The translations under genes and the position numbers were made by a program. A DNA stretch of 45,161 bases, taken from NCBI GenBank assembly GCA_964013405.1, contig CAXGWI010000012.1:1-45161 (forward strand), written 5' to 3'. The stretch comes from an uncultured Myxococcales bacterium. Its GTDB lineage: Bacteria > Myxococcota > UBA4151. The first letter of the stretch is position 1, and every line of letters starts with the position of its first letter. This document shows, in pieces, positions 12,365 through 22,149 of this stretch. The notes beneath the pieces are model-generated. The model had not been told where the DNA came from and did not search any database. It saw only the letters and a program-made list of their open reading frames with translations.

Positions 12365-12950
12365 ACTCGAACGCTTCCTCGCGGGCCATGACCGACTTCG
12401 CATCCCATTGCGAGGTCGGGCTCAGGCCGCGGTTTTGATGGGATTCTTCGAAGGCCTGGGAGGTCCCGAACTCCTGCTGATTCGCCGGGCCGAAGGAAAT
12501 GATCGCCATGCGGGCCAGGTCAGCTTTCCTGGTGGTCATGTGGAGTCGGGAGAGGGCGTTGAGGCCGCCGCATTACGGGAGGCCATGGAAGAGTGCTCCC
12601 TCGAACAGAGTCGAGTCACTGTTCTTGGTCGCTACGATGATTGTGTCAGTATTCATGAAGTGGTGGTGAGCACGGTGGTCGCCTGGCTTGAACCACCGCA
12701 GGCGCTTCAGCGGGAGCTTGCGGAGGTGGCGCGTATTTTTGCCATGCCATGGCAAGACCTTGTTTCGGGGCGAGGCTTTTCGCAAAAGAACCTCCGTGGC
12801 TATGAGATACCCTACTGGACGTTCCCCTGTCGGGGCTTGGATGGCCGGGAGCCGCTCATGGCCGAGGAGACCCTATGGGGCTTGACTGGCCACATGGTCC
12901 GCAGTCTCATCAGAGACCTTGAAGGGGGAGTAACTTGCGCCACGCATTGA
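12342..12950 (+). CDS. Nudix hydrolase, CoA pyrophosphatase subfamily
   Basis: LLIRRA....HAGQVSFPGG motif before the Nudix box GGHVESGEGVEAAALREAMEE; C-terminal LWGLTG. Confidence 0.88.
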   Translation: MGRALQARLERFLAGHDRLRIPLRGRAQAAVLMGFFEGLGGPELLLIRRAEGNDRHAGQVSFPGGHVESGEGVEAAALREAMEECSLEQSRVTVLGRYDDCVSIHEVVVSTVVAWLEPPQALQRELAEVARIFAMPWQDLVSGRGFSQKNLRGYEIPYWTFPCRGLDGREPLMAEETLWGLTGHMVRSLIRDLEGGVTCATH

Positions 12951-13969
12951 TTCTCGCAGGGGGTCGATCCACGCGCCTTTGGCCGCTGGCTCGCCCCAAA
13001 CAGTTTTTACCCCTTGCCGGGGACCAGAGCCTCTTGGGCGCCACGTGGGACCGGCTGGATGGACTGGTCACCCTTGATCAGCGTTGGATCGTTGGCGGTT
13101 CGGCCCACCGGCGGGCCTGTGAGGCGATCCTTGGTCAACTGGGGTCTCGCTTCATCGCCGAGCCAGAAGGGCGGAATACGGCGCCGGCCATCGGGCTGGG
13201 CTGTGTCCACTTGAATGCGATCGATCCCGACGCTGTGGTCGCTATTTTGCCGGCCGATCATCACGTCACCGAGGTGGATGTCTTCCAGCGATGCCTCCGT
13301 TTAGCCTTTGAGCGAGCCGAGAATGAAGACTGTATCGTGACCCTGGGGATCCGGCCCAGCCACGGTGCAACGGGCTATGGTTACCTTCGGCTTGCGGAAG
13401 CACCTGGCCCGGAGGGTGCGGCGTTGAGCGGCTTCGTTGAGAAGCCGGATGCGGACAAGGCACAGACGATGGTCGCTTGGGGCGACCACCTGTGGAATGC
13501 GGGTATCTTTGTTGCCCGCGTGGCCCGCTTACTCGCCGAGTTTGAGACCCAAATGCCCGAGACCTTTGCGGCTCTTGAGTCGGTGGCTGAGCACTTGGGG
13601 CAGCCCGATGCCGAACAGGTGCTTCGAGCCTGTTATTCACGCTGTGAGGCGACCAGTATCGATTATGGCGTGATGGAGGGGGCGAGTGGCCTTTGGTGTA
13701 TTCCCACCAGTTGCGGCTGGAGCGATCTCGGAAGTTGGACGGGCTTGGCTGAATTATGGCCCCTCGACGGGCAGAACAACGCGATCAACGGCGATGCCCA
13801 ACTTCAGCAGAGTCGGGGCAACGTGGTCTATGTGGCTGGGGGCCCGCCAGTGGCGGTCCGTGGCGTCGATGACTTGGTGATCGTCAGCACAGCCGAGGGG
13901 GTACTCGTGATTCCCAAGGACCGATGCGAAGAGGTTCGTCACTTGGTGGCGGCCCGCCAGGACCCATGA
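12935..13969 (+). CDS. manC: Mannose-1-phosphate guanylyltransferase (no isomerase/cupin domain)
   Basis: ILAGGRSTRLWP, PKQF, EPEGRNTAPA, PADH, GYGY, FVEKP, WNAGIF, SIDYGVME, WSDLGSW. Confidence 0.92.
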   Translation: MRHALILAGGRSTRLWPLARPKQFLPLAGDQSLLGATWDRLDGLVTLDQRWIVGGSAHRRACEAILGQLGSRFIAEPEGRNTAPAIGLGCVHLNAIDPDAVVAILPADHHVTEVDVFQRCLRLAFERAENEDCIVTLGIRPSHGATGYGYLRLAEAPGPEGAALSGFVEKPDADKAQTMVAWGDHLWNAGIFVARVARLLAEFETQMPETFAALESVAEHLGQPDAEQVLRACYSRCEATSIDYGVMEGASGLWCIPTSCGWSDLGSWTGLAELWPLDGQNNAINGDAQLQQSRGNVVYVAGGPPVAVRGVDDLVIVSTAEGVLVIPKDRCEEVRHLVAARQDP

Positions 13970-15327
13970 GCGACTTCCCGGAGGAGGTCTTCCGAGCCTA
14001 CGATATCCGCGGCTTGGTGGACGAACAGATCACCCAGGGCTTTGCCCGGGCGCTGGGCCGGTCCTTTGGGGCTCGGATCAGCGCCATGGGCGGTAAGCGC
14101 TGCCTGGTGGGCTACGATGCACGCCACAGTGGGCCGACCTTGAGCCAGGCCCTTGCTGAGGGCTTGGCCGAGCAGGGGCTTGAAGTGGCTCAAATCGGCG
14201 CCGTCGCCAGTCCTATCCTCTATTGGGCTGCCCATCGAGACCAAGGCCATGGCATCATGGTTACGGGTTCGCATAATCCGGCACCTTACAACGGATTCAA
14301 AATGGTTCTAGGGGGCGCATCCATTCACGGAGCGACCGTGAGTGCGCTCCGTGAGCAGATGATCGATCCGCCGCCGGCTCTCGATGGAGGGCGCATCATC
14401 GAGGAAGACTGGACGGGCCCCTATCAGGCCGACCTTCTCCAGCGCCTCAATCCCCTCGGGCGGCCCATTAAAGTGGTGGTGGATGCGGGCAATGGCATGG
14501 GAGGCCTCGCCCTTCCGCTATTAACTGGAATGGGCGCCGAGGTGATTGGGATCCACTGCGAAGCCGATGGGGACTTCCCCAACCATCATCCGGATCCGAC
14601 GGTGGAAGCGAATTTGGTGGAACTCCAGGCCTGCGTCCGCCGGGAGCAAGCTGCCGCGGGCATCGCTTTTGATGGCGATGTGGACCGAATCGGTGTGGTG
14701 GATGAATTCGGTACGGTCATCTGGGGCGATTTACTGACCGCGCTCTTTGCCAAAGATATTCTCAAACAACATCCAGGTGCGACGATCATCGGCGAGGTGA
14801 AGTGCTCCAGTGCACTCTACGATGGCATTGAAGCCCTCGGTGGCCAGGCGATCATGTGGAAGGCCGGCCATTCTTTGATCAAAGGCAAGATGAAGGAGAC
14901 AGGCGCCCTTTTGGCTGGCGAAATGAGTGGTCACCTTTTCTTTGCCGACCGCTATGATGGCTTTGATGATGCCATCTACGCCGCCGGTCGATTGCTTGAG
15001 TTACTCGATCGCGATGCCCGGCCGCTCTCGGCTCAGATCGCTGACTTCCCTCGTCTAGCCTCCAGTCCAGAGATCCGGCGCCCCGTGGCCGATGAGGCAA
15101 CGAAGTTTGCCCTCGTGGAGGCAGCGACAGCGTATTTTCGAGCCCGCGGCCCCGTCATCGATATCGATGGAGTGCGAGTTCCCTTCGATGGGGGCTGGGG
15201 CCTGGTTCGAGCCAGTAACACCCAGAGTATCCTTGTCTTACGCTTCGAGGCAGAAACGCGGGAACGGCTCCAGCAGATTCAAGAGGAGGTTGAGGCGGTT
15301 CTCGATCAACTGGAGCGCCGCCTTTGA
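13966..15327 (+). CDS. Phosphomannomutase/phosphoglucomutase (AlgC/ManB type)
   Basis: FRAYDIRG, TGSHNP (phospho-Ser), FDGDVDR, GEMSGH, VRASNT; ATGA overlap with the manC stop. Confidence 0.95.
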   Translation: MSDFPEEVFRAYDIRGLVDEQITQGFARALGRSFGARISAMGGKRCLVGYDARHSGPTLSQALAEGLAEQGLEVAQIGAVASPILYWAAHRDQGHGIMVTGSHNPAPYNGFKMVLGGASIHGATVSALREQMIDPPPALDGGRIIEEDWTGPYQADLLQRLNPLGRPIKVVVDAGNGMGGLALPLLTGMGAEVIGIHCEADGDFPNHHPDPTVEANLVELQACVRREQAAAGIAFDGDVDRIGVVDEFGTVIWGDLLTALFAKDILKQHPGATIIGEVKCSSALYDGIEALGGQAIMWKAGHSLIKGKMKETGALLAGEMSGHLFFADRYDGFDDAIYAAGRLLELLDRDARPLSAQIADFPRLASSPEIRRPVADEATKFALVEAATAYFRARGPVIDIDGVRVPFDGGWGLVRASNTQSILVLRFEAETRERLQQIQEEVEAVLDQLERRL

Positions 15328-16124
15328 CTGCCTGGCTCGGGGTCGATTTGGGGGGTACGTGGTTGCGGTGGGGCGGGGAGACGCCCGGCCGACTTCGACT
15401 GGAAAATCCCGAACCCGAGGCAGTGATTGAGGCCTTGGCAGCCCGGGCCGAGGGGCGGGGGGTCGCCATCTCTTTTGCCGGCTGGCTGAGTCCTGATGGG
15501 CGCCGAGTCATGCAGGGCCCGAATCTGGGCTGGAGCGATGTTCCCTTGGTCGAGATGGCTGCAGCCAGGGGCTTGCGCTGCCACCTTGAGAATGACCTCG
15601 ACGCACGAGCTTGGGGGGAGTTCTTAGCCCTCGGGGCCCCTGCTGATGAGAGCCTGGTGGTCTTGAACGCAGGCAGTGGCTTTGCCCTGGGGCTTGTGGT
15701 GGAAGGTCGGCTTGTTCGAGGACGACGGCGGCGAGCTGGAGAAATCGGGCACCTGGTGCTCGGCCCGCCCGAAAAACCCTGCGGCTGCGGTGACTTGGGT
15801 TGTGTGGAGGCCGCCCTCGGCGGCGCGATGGCGGCCCCGGGCTCCTTTGATGAGGCCCTTTATCGGCAGCGTTGGTTGGCCCTGGCCGCGCCGGTGGCCG
15901 CGCCGGTTATTACGGCCCTCGACCCCCATCACGTCCTTGGGGTCGGTGGGGTTTTGGAGAACCGCCCCGAACTCTTTCGGGACTTGGAGCGATCCATCGC
16001 TCGTCTTTTGCCCCGCCGTTGGTTTGGTGATTTTCGCCTGCAGCCTAGTGAGGGCGAGTCTCTTGCGTTGCTGGGGGTGGTGGATCTTGCTCGCCGTGCC
16101 GAAGGGCTTCAAAGCGACAACTGA
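15324..16124 (+). CDS. ROK-family sugar kinase
   Basis: GVDLGGT, PNLGW, LENDLDA, AGEIGH, Zn motif CGCGDLGCVE; no HTH; TTGA overlap with the PMM stop. Confidence 0.85.
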   Translation: MTAWLGVDLGGTWLRWGGETPGRLRLENPEPEAVIEALAARAEGRGVAISFAGWLSPDGRRVMQGPNLGWSDVPLVEMAAARGLRCHLENDLDARAWGEFLALGAPADESLVVLNAGSGFALGLVVEGRLVRGRRRRAGEIGHLVLGPPEKPCGCGDLGCVEAALGGAMAAPGSFDEALYRQRWLALAAPVAAPVITALDPHHVLGVGGVLENRPELFRDLERSIARLLPRRWFGDFRLQPSEGESLALLGVVDLARRAEGLQSDN

Positions 16125-16449
16125 GGTAGTCGCCAAGGCGTTTTCGTTCCGCAGCAGACGGGCTGGGAGGCGAGGGCGGCATGCTGTGGCGCTCGTGGGC
16201 GCTGCGCCAATAAATGCGCGTGAGGGCCCGGTCGACGAGGGCTGCGTCATCGAAGTTCGATTGGATCGGAGCCCCTCCTCTTTGTGCACCCTGGATCGCG
16301 CTGTGGTGGCAACGATGGCAGTAGTTGGCAAAGAAGGGCTGAATATCTTGCCATTGGAGCGCCGGCCCAGGTGGGCAGGGGGCAAGACCAGGGGCCGCCT
16401 GAATCTGGCAGCCTGAGATGAACAAAACTGAAAAGGCGATAAGGCGCAT
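16045..16449 (-). CDS. Monoheme c-type cytochrome lipoprotein
   Basis: Signal ending ISGC, CHRCH heme motif, distal SMPP Met; overlaps the ROK 3' end convergently. Confidence 0.75.
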   Translation of the reverse strand: MRLIAFSVLFISGCQIQAAPGLAPCPPGPALQWQDIQPFFANYCHRCHHSAIQGAQRGGAPIQSNFDDAALVDRALTRIYWRSAHERHSMPPSPPSPSAAERKRLGDYLSCRFEALRHGEQDPPPPATQETRPH

Positions 16450-16493
16450 TGTGACAGGAGGCTTTAAGCCCTAAAAGCCGCCCCGGAGCAACG

Positions 16494-17594
16494 GTGAACG
16501 AACTCTTTAGGCGGCGCTGTCCTGAATGCGCTCAGTTGGTGGTAACCGAGGTCGGCGAGATCGTCGCTTGCCCGGCTTGCGGTACGGCGGTGACCGACGA
16601 CCATACGGAGCCACCCGAGCCCGTCGAGCCTGAGCCAGCCAGCCCATCCCCGCCGGCAGGCCTGAGCGATGCAGGCGATCGCCCAGAAGAAGATGAGCGG
16701 GTGATGGATGACTTTGAGGTGCTTGAAGAGGAGGCGCAGAGCCCCTTTGGCCTCGAAGAAGAGCCGCAAGATGACCCTGTGCCACCGCCATCGGACCACC
16801 TGGATGAGCCGAGTTGGAACATGGGTCGCCCGATGCACCAGGTCTTCTACTTGGCTCTGGTGAAGCCAGACGTTGTGCCATTGGTGACCATTTCTCGCTC
16901 CCTGCGCTGGGTGATGGTCTTTGGCATTCTGACGAGTATGCTCGTGTTTATTGCTGAAATTGGTGTGCACCAGCAGGTGAGGCCCATTGCAGCGGAACAG
17001 GAAGCGCTTCTGAAGGTCTACGAGGCGGTGAGCAACCGCTCTCCAGAGGAGCGGCGCCTCATTCGGACCAACCGGTGGTTGTGTGATCTGTCGAGTCTGG
17101 TGCCTGAGCAGCGCTTGGCCTGTGCTTTATCGGATCTGGCCCAAGGGCGGGAGCACCCGGAACTGGTGCGAAACCGTCGAAAACTCGAGGAACAACAGAT
17201 GATCCGCCTGGACGCACCGGGCTTCTGGGGGCTTCTCGTTTGGCTGGGGGGGCCGGTTCTCTTCTTTTTCCGAATCGTACCACTGTGGCTTGTGTTGGCC
17301 CTCACCGCTTTTCGTGAACCCTGGGCTCTGGCTACCCGCATCATCGCTTTCGTGACGCCGGCCCTCGTGGTTGCCACGATGGCCACCTGGGCTGTGGTCT
17401 GGCTCTTGGGTATCGATGATCAGCAGCACATCGTGCTCGCCCTCCTTCACGGGGCAAAGAATGTCTGGATCTGGACGCTGACCGCCCTGCTGTTGTTACG
17501 AATGCGACCTTCTGCCCAGGGGCAGATTACAAAGGTCATTATCCTGTATATTCTCTTGCAAATGATGCCCGCTTGTCTCGGGATGGGAGCTTAA
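16494..17594 (+). CDS. Membrane protein with N-terminal Zn ribbon and acidic Pro-rich linker (Yip1-like topology possible)
   Basis: CPEC...CPAC, D/E/P-rich linker, about 5 hydrophobic segments. Confidence 0.65.
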   Translation: MNELFRRRCPECAQLVVTEVGEIVACPACGTAVTDDHTEPPEPVEPEPASPSPPAGLSDAGDRPEEDERVMDDFEVLEEEAQSPFGLEEEPQDDPVPPPSDHLDEPSWNMGRPMHQVFYLALVKPDVVPLVTISRSLRWVMVFGILTSMLVFIAEIGVHQQVRPIAAEQEALLKVYEAVSNRSPEERRLIRTNRWLCDLSSLVPEQRLACALSDLAQGREHPELVRNRRKLEEQQMIRLDAPGFWGLLVWLGGPVLFFFRIVPLWLVLALTAFREPWALATRIIAFVTPALVVATMATWAVVWLLGIDDQQHIVLALLHGAKNVWIWTLTALLLLRMRPSAQGQITKVIILYILLQMMPACLGMGA

Positions 17595-17596
17595 TC

Positions 17597-18913
17597 ATGA
17601 CCGGAATCGATTATCAGAACCATCGAGCCCAGTTATTGAACGATATGGAAGTCGGTGATCTCGCAGTGATCCCAGCCGGCGACCTCGTGACGCGCAACAA
17701 TGATGTACATTACCGCTTCCGACAGGACTCCGACTTCCGCCATCTCACTGGATTTTGTGAGCCAGGGAGCTTGGCTGTTTTGGCGAAAGAGGAAAGCGGC
17801 AAAGACCGTTTCTTACTCTTTGTACCCCCAAAGGATCCGGCCCGGGAGATCTGGGATGGGCCTCGGGCTGGTGTTGAAGGGGCTCTGGCCCAGTTTGGCG
17901 CAGATGAGGCCTTTGAGCTTTCAGCGATTGATGAGCAACTGCCCAAGCTCCTAGAGAATCGCCAGCGAGTGCTCTACCCCCTCGGTGCACCCATCGGTGA
18001 GCGGATTGAGCGCTGGCGGCTCCAATTGGGGGCCCGAGTTCGCATGGGCATCCAGGCGCCTGGTCACTACTTGGATCTTCGGGGCATCCTTCATGAGCAT
18101 CGGCTAAGAAAGAATGAAGGGGAGATGCAGGTGATGCGCCGGGCTGCGCAAATCAGCGCAGAAGCCCACCGAAAGGCCATGGTGGAGGGGCGGCCCGGGA
18201 GCAGTGAGAACCACCTCGAAGGGGTGATCGAAAGCTACTTTCGCAGCGAGGGAGCAGAGCGCATCGCCTATGGCAGCATCGTCGCGACCGGTGCCAATGG
18301 CTGTGTCCTCCATTACATTAACAACAACAGCCGGATTGAGGACGGAGACATGCTCCTCATCGATGCGGGGGCCGAGGTGGAAGGCTATGCCGCGGATATC
18401 ACCACGACGTGGCCCGCAAACGGTCGCTTTGGCGAGGCCCAGCGAAGGATCTATGAGGCTGTACTCGACGTGCAGCAGGACCTGGTTCGCCGGGTGCGGG
18501 CCGGCAGCAGCTTCCAGGCCTTAAATAACGAAGCCGTTCGCCAGTTGACGGCTGCGATGCAGGGGCTCGGCCTTCTTGATGAAAAGGCGTCGGTCGACGA
18601 CTTGATCGAGTCTGAGGCCTACAAGACCTATTACATGCATAGCATTGGCCACTGGCTGGGCCGAGATGTTCACGACGTCGGGAGCTATGGCCCCCAGCGG
18701 AACCGGACCTTCGAGCCAGGCATGGTGCTCACCATAGAACCGGGCATCTACATCCCCCCCGGTGACGAGACGGCCCCTCCCAGCTTGCGGGGGCTTGCGG
18801 TTCGTATCGAGGATGATGTTCTTGTCACCGAGGATGCGCCGGAAAACCTCACGGCTGACTTGCCGAGAACAGCCGAGGACATCGAAGCGTTTATGGCCCA
18901 GGCCAGGGCTTAA
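17597..18913 (+). CDS. pepP: Xaa-Pro aminopeptidase (aminopeptidase P)
   Basis: FRQDSDF, LHY, LIDAGAE, DIT, HSIGHWLGRDVHD, TIEPGIY, RIEDD. Confidence 0.95.
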   Translation: MTGIDYQNHRAQLLNDMEVGDLAVIPAGDLVTRNNDVHYRFRQDSDFRHLTGFCEPGSLAVLAKEESGKDRFLLFVPPKDPAREIWDGPRAGVEGALAQFGADEAFELSAIDEQLPKLLENRQRVLYPLGAPIGERIERWRLQLGARVRMGIQAPGHYLDLRGILHEHRLRKNEGEMQVMRRAAQISAEAHRKAMVEGRPGSSENHLEGVIESYFRSEGAERIAYGSIVATGANGCVLHYINNNSRIEDGDMLLIDAGAEVEGYAADITTTWPANGRFGEAQRRIYEAVLDVQQDLVRRVRAGSSFQALNNEAVRQLTAAMQGLGLLDEKASVDDLIESEAYKTYYMHSIGHWLGRDVHDVGSYGPQRNRTFEPGMVLTIEPGIYIPPGDETAPPSLRGLAVRIEDDVLVTEDAPENLTADLPRTAEDIEAFMAQARA

Positions 18914-21900
18914 TTTTCTTCGGGGACAGCAGCGAGATTGAGGCGGGTCGATTCGACGGTTTCGAGCTCGGTTCTTAACTGACCGACCAGGACGCTAAAG
19001 AGGCCGTCGAGTAATTCGATGCGGTCGGCCACGAGGTCCATGAAGTCTTGCCGGTTCACCGCAAAGATCTCCGTAAACTCGGCGTCTTTACAGGCGGTGG
19101 CCGAATAAGGTCGAGGCTTGCGGTCGAGAAAGCCGATGTCCCCAAAGCAGATCTGACTGGTGCCCGCGTCCATTCTGCCCACGAAGCTGCCATCCCGGTG
19201 GAAGTCGATACCGCCGCTGATGAGGACATAGAGGGTGGTGGAGGGGTCCCCCTGCCGATAGATCGCCTGCCGTGAATGGTGGCGCTCGATTTTGGCAAGA
19301 CTTGCAATCGCTGCCCGCTCATCGAGATTTAGACCTGCGAAGATCTCTGCCTTTTCGAAGAGAAGAATTCGATCGATGAGATGATCGCTCATGAGGTCCT
19401 CCGGTAAAATACTCGGATCAGGGGTGGGTCGGGGGAGTCCAGAGAGGCCGAGGCAGCGCCCGGCGACCGCGGCGAGGGTTCGGTCTCGCCCGGCCGCAAG
19501 TCGGCGGGCGATGCCCTCTGCTCGGCCGGGAAGAATGGTTTCATCGACGTTCTCTAGCTCCCGAAAGAGCGCGGTCTTCAGGGGGTGGTGTTTGAGTGAA
19601 ACATCGAGGAGTTCAAGAGCATCTCCCCGAATCGCTCGGCTTCCTTCGACGAGAACGCGGGAGACATCATTGAGGAGTTCCCGGTCTCCTTGGAGGGAAA
19701 AGAGCCGCAGGCAAATATCGAGAATCTGTCCGTAGCGGGAGAAGACGGCCCGGTGGAGCAGCGCAAAGCGGGCGTCTGGTGCCAGCAGAAGCCCGTCCTC
19801 TCGGCAGCGAAAGAGCCGCTCGATCTGGCGTTCAATGGCACTGTGAATCCAGGCTTGATCCAGATGGGAACTGACCTTGGGGTTTTGGTGAACCAGCCGG
19901 GAAAGGGCCATCGCAACACGATGCTGAAGAAAGGGGTCATCGTCCGGATTGCTCTTGAGCAGGGCGTCGGCGGCTTCATGGCTCCCGATCATGCGGAGAA
20001 GGCGAGGCACTTCCTGGCGGACTTGAAGGCTGAGGGTGGTGTCGTTGAGCCAGTTCTGGGCTCGGTCTGTAATGAGGTTGCCGTAGTTGGCTAAGGCGCG
20101 CCGGGCCTCTTTCCGAAAGCCTCGCTTGCCGAGGCAGTCCATGAGCGGCTCGATGAGGGCTTCACTTTGAACCTGGCCCGCCGATTCGATGGCGATACGA
20201 ATCACGCTCGCCTCACTGTCCTGGAACATCTCGGCTAACAACAACGACCAGTCGCCTTCCGGGAGACGTCCGAGGAGGCGGGCGAATTCCCTGCGATGGG
20301 CCGGGTTGTGGTTTTGGATATAATCCCAGGAGCCAAGGACGATCTTCTTGCCTCGCTCCTGATGTTCTTCCGACGCGAAGAGGGCTTCAATTCCAGCACT
20401 TCGCAAGGCGGGGTCGACATGTTCTTGGTGGATGAGCGTGTTGAGCAGGGCCGCGGCCCGATGGGCGTCGATCCGACTCAGGGCCCGGGCTGCGGCGGCC
20501 CGGGGGCGTCGGGCATCCTCGTGGGCCACCAGGCCAACCAGCAGCGTCCAGACCTCATCGCCTCCCCGCCGAGCTGCCCAGTCGATGGCGGCGATTCGGA
20601 CCTGTTCGTCTTCGTGGTTGAGCAAGTTCTCTAAGCGGTCGGTCAGGTCGTGTTCGGTGGTGGCCAGTAGGGCGAGGGCCTCTTGGACCGTCTCAGGATC
20701 CGGATCGGAGAGGCGGCGCTCCAGCATGGCTCGAGTGCTCGCATCATCAAGCCAGAGCCCTCGCCCCCGATCAACTCGCCGGGTCCGCCCGGTGATCTTT
20801 CGGTCCAGAGCCTCCGCATAGTCCTGTCGCAGGATGCCGATGAGGACCAACAATGCGAAGACAAGGACCACCACCAGAACGGGGTGGATGAGTTGGGGCA
20901 TGAAGGCGCCCAGCAGGAGCAATATCACCCCTGCTGTAGCTGCCCCTGTCTTCTTTATGCTGCCATCGACGAGAGCGCGCAGGCTACCTCGAACACTGAG
21001 AGGAATGGGATTGTAGAGGAGACTAACTCCCGCAGCAGTCACTGAGAAAGAGCCGATGCTTTGAACTACTTTTAGGGTGTAGATCGGCATGTCTTGCCCG
21101 GTCCCCATCATGGCCCACAGTCCGGCGATGCCCGTCGCAGCAGGGATGAGCAGCAAGAAGGGAAAGAGTCCGATTCGGCTGAGGAGCATCCGGGTTAGGA
21201 AGATCTGGAAGATCAATGCGATGAAGCCAGCATGGGCATTATAAGCGCCAAAGATTCGGTTCATATCCTCGGCGGAGGCCTGGGCGTAATGGCTCCGAAA
21301 GAGGTAGTCGACGACCGCTGAAAGGACACTGAGCATCGCCACCAAGGCGCCCAGTAGTTTGGGGTAGCGCTCGGCACTGGCATAATGGAGACCGGCGGAG
21401 ATCCGGGCTTTTTTCGCCACTTGTTTTGGCACCACTGTGCCCTGGTGCTCCCGGTGGTGGCCCATGGTTCGGAGCAGAGGCCAAGCGAGTAAGAGGAGCA
21501 GGGCCGCTGCATAGGCCTGGAAAATGGGATCGAAGAAGCCAGAGAGTTCCTGCACCAACGCACCGCCGATGATGCTTCCAGCCATCCCCATGCCGCCGAT
21601 GAAGCCAATGAGCTTCTTGCCGGCCCGGACATCAAAAACCTCCGAGACGGTGGCCCAAAAGAGAATCGAGACAACGGTCGTGAAGCTCTCGCCCACGAGG
21701 TAGAAAAGTCCCAGGCTACCGGGCAACTTCATCGTCGTTGCAAAAGCTGAAAGGGCAACAAGGCCCGCAATTAAGGGGAGAATTCGCCGGGCCACCATCA
21801 AGGCGGAGTATTTGGCGAGGGGGCGAGCGAGGACGATCGAGGCGCCGGCGACGACGAGGGCGGAGCCCATATACAGTAAGGGGAGGTTGGTTGGATCACT

Positions 21901-22056
21901 TCCCGCCAAGAAAACAGCGTTCGAGGCTGTTTTCACCCAGACCACCCCCGTGATGAACAGGGCGTGGTAGAGCATGGCGGCCGCGGCGGCGTACTCCAGG
22001 CCCTTCGGAGCACCGAGGCGTCGTATAAAGACTCGGGTTCGACGGGTGAGGCTCAT
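18910..22056 (-). CDS. Npt1/Npt2 (TLC ATP/ADP-carrier-like MFS) transporter fused to HEAT repeats and a cNMP-binding domain
   Basis: About 12 TM N-terminal region (FWATVSEVFDVRAGKKL, VVDYLF, LLYNPIP), HEAT repeats (LSDPDPETVQEAL, DEQVRIAAI), C-terminal cNMP fold (IYRQGD..LYVLISG, FGD..PR). Confidence 0.85.
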   Translation of the reverse strand: MSLTRRTRVFIRRLGAPKGLEYAAAAAMLYHALFITGVVWVKTASNAVFLAGSDPTNLPLLYMGSALVVAGASIVLARPLAKYSALMVARRILPLIAGLVALSAFATTMKLPGSLGLFYLVGESFTTVVSILFWATVSEVFDVRAGKKLIGFIGGMGMAGSIIGGALVQELSGFFDPIFQAYAAALLLLLAWPLLRTMGHHREHQGTVVPKQVAKKARISAGLHYASAERYPKLLGALVAMLSVLSAVVDYLFRSHYAQASAEDMNRIFGAYNAHAGFIALIFQIFLTRMLLSRIGLFPFLLLIPAATGIAGLWAMMGTGQDMPIYTLKVVQSIGSFSVTAAGVSLLYNPIPLSVRGSLRALVDGSIKKTGAATAGVILLLLGAFMPQLIHPVLVVVLVFALLVLIGILRQDYAEALDRKITGRTRRVDRGRGLWLDDASTRAMLERRLSDPDPETVQEALALLATTEHDLTDRLENLLNHEDEQVRIAAIDWAARRGGDEVWTLLVGLVAHEDARRPRAAAARALSRIDAHRAAALLNTLIHQEHVDPALRSAGIEALFASEEHQERGKKIVLGSWDYIQNHNPAHRREFARLLGRLPEGDWSLLLAEMFQDSEASVIRIAIESAGQVQSEALIEPLMDCLGKRGFRKEARRALANYGNLITDRAQNWLNDTTLSLQVRQEVPRLLRMIGSHEAADALLKSNPDDDPFLQHRVAMALSRLVHQNPKVSSHLDQAWIHSAIERQIERLFRCREDGLLLAPDARFALLHRAVFSRYGQILDICLRLFSLQGDRELLNDVSRVLVEGSRAIRGDALELLDVSLKHHPLKTALFRELENVDETILPGRAEGIARRLAAGRDRTLAAVAGRCLGLSGLPRPTPDPSILPEDLMSDHLIDRILLFEKAEIFAGLNLDERAAIASLAKIERHHSRQAIYRQGDPSTTLYVLISGGIDFHRDGSFVGRMDAGTSQICFGDIGFLDRKPRPYSATACKDAEFTEIFAVNRQDFMDLVADRIELLDGLFSVLVGQLRTELETVESTRLNLAAVPEEN

Positions 22057-22149
22057 GGTGAGGGCCTAGCGTGTTTTTGCGCCCAAGGACCACCGCCGGT
22101 TCTTGGGATCTGCTAACTTTGTTACAGTCAATCCATGGGAGGGAAGAGC

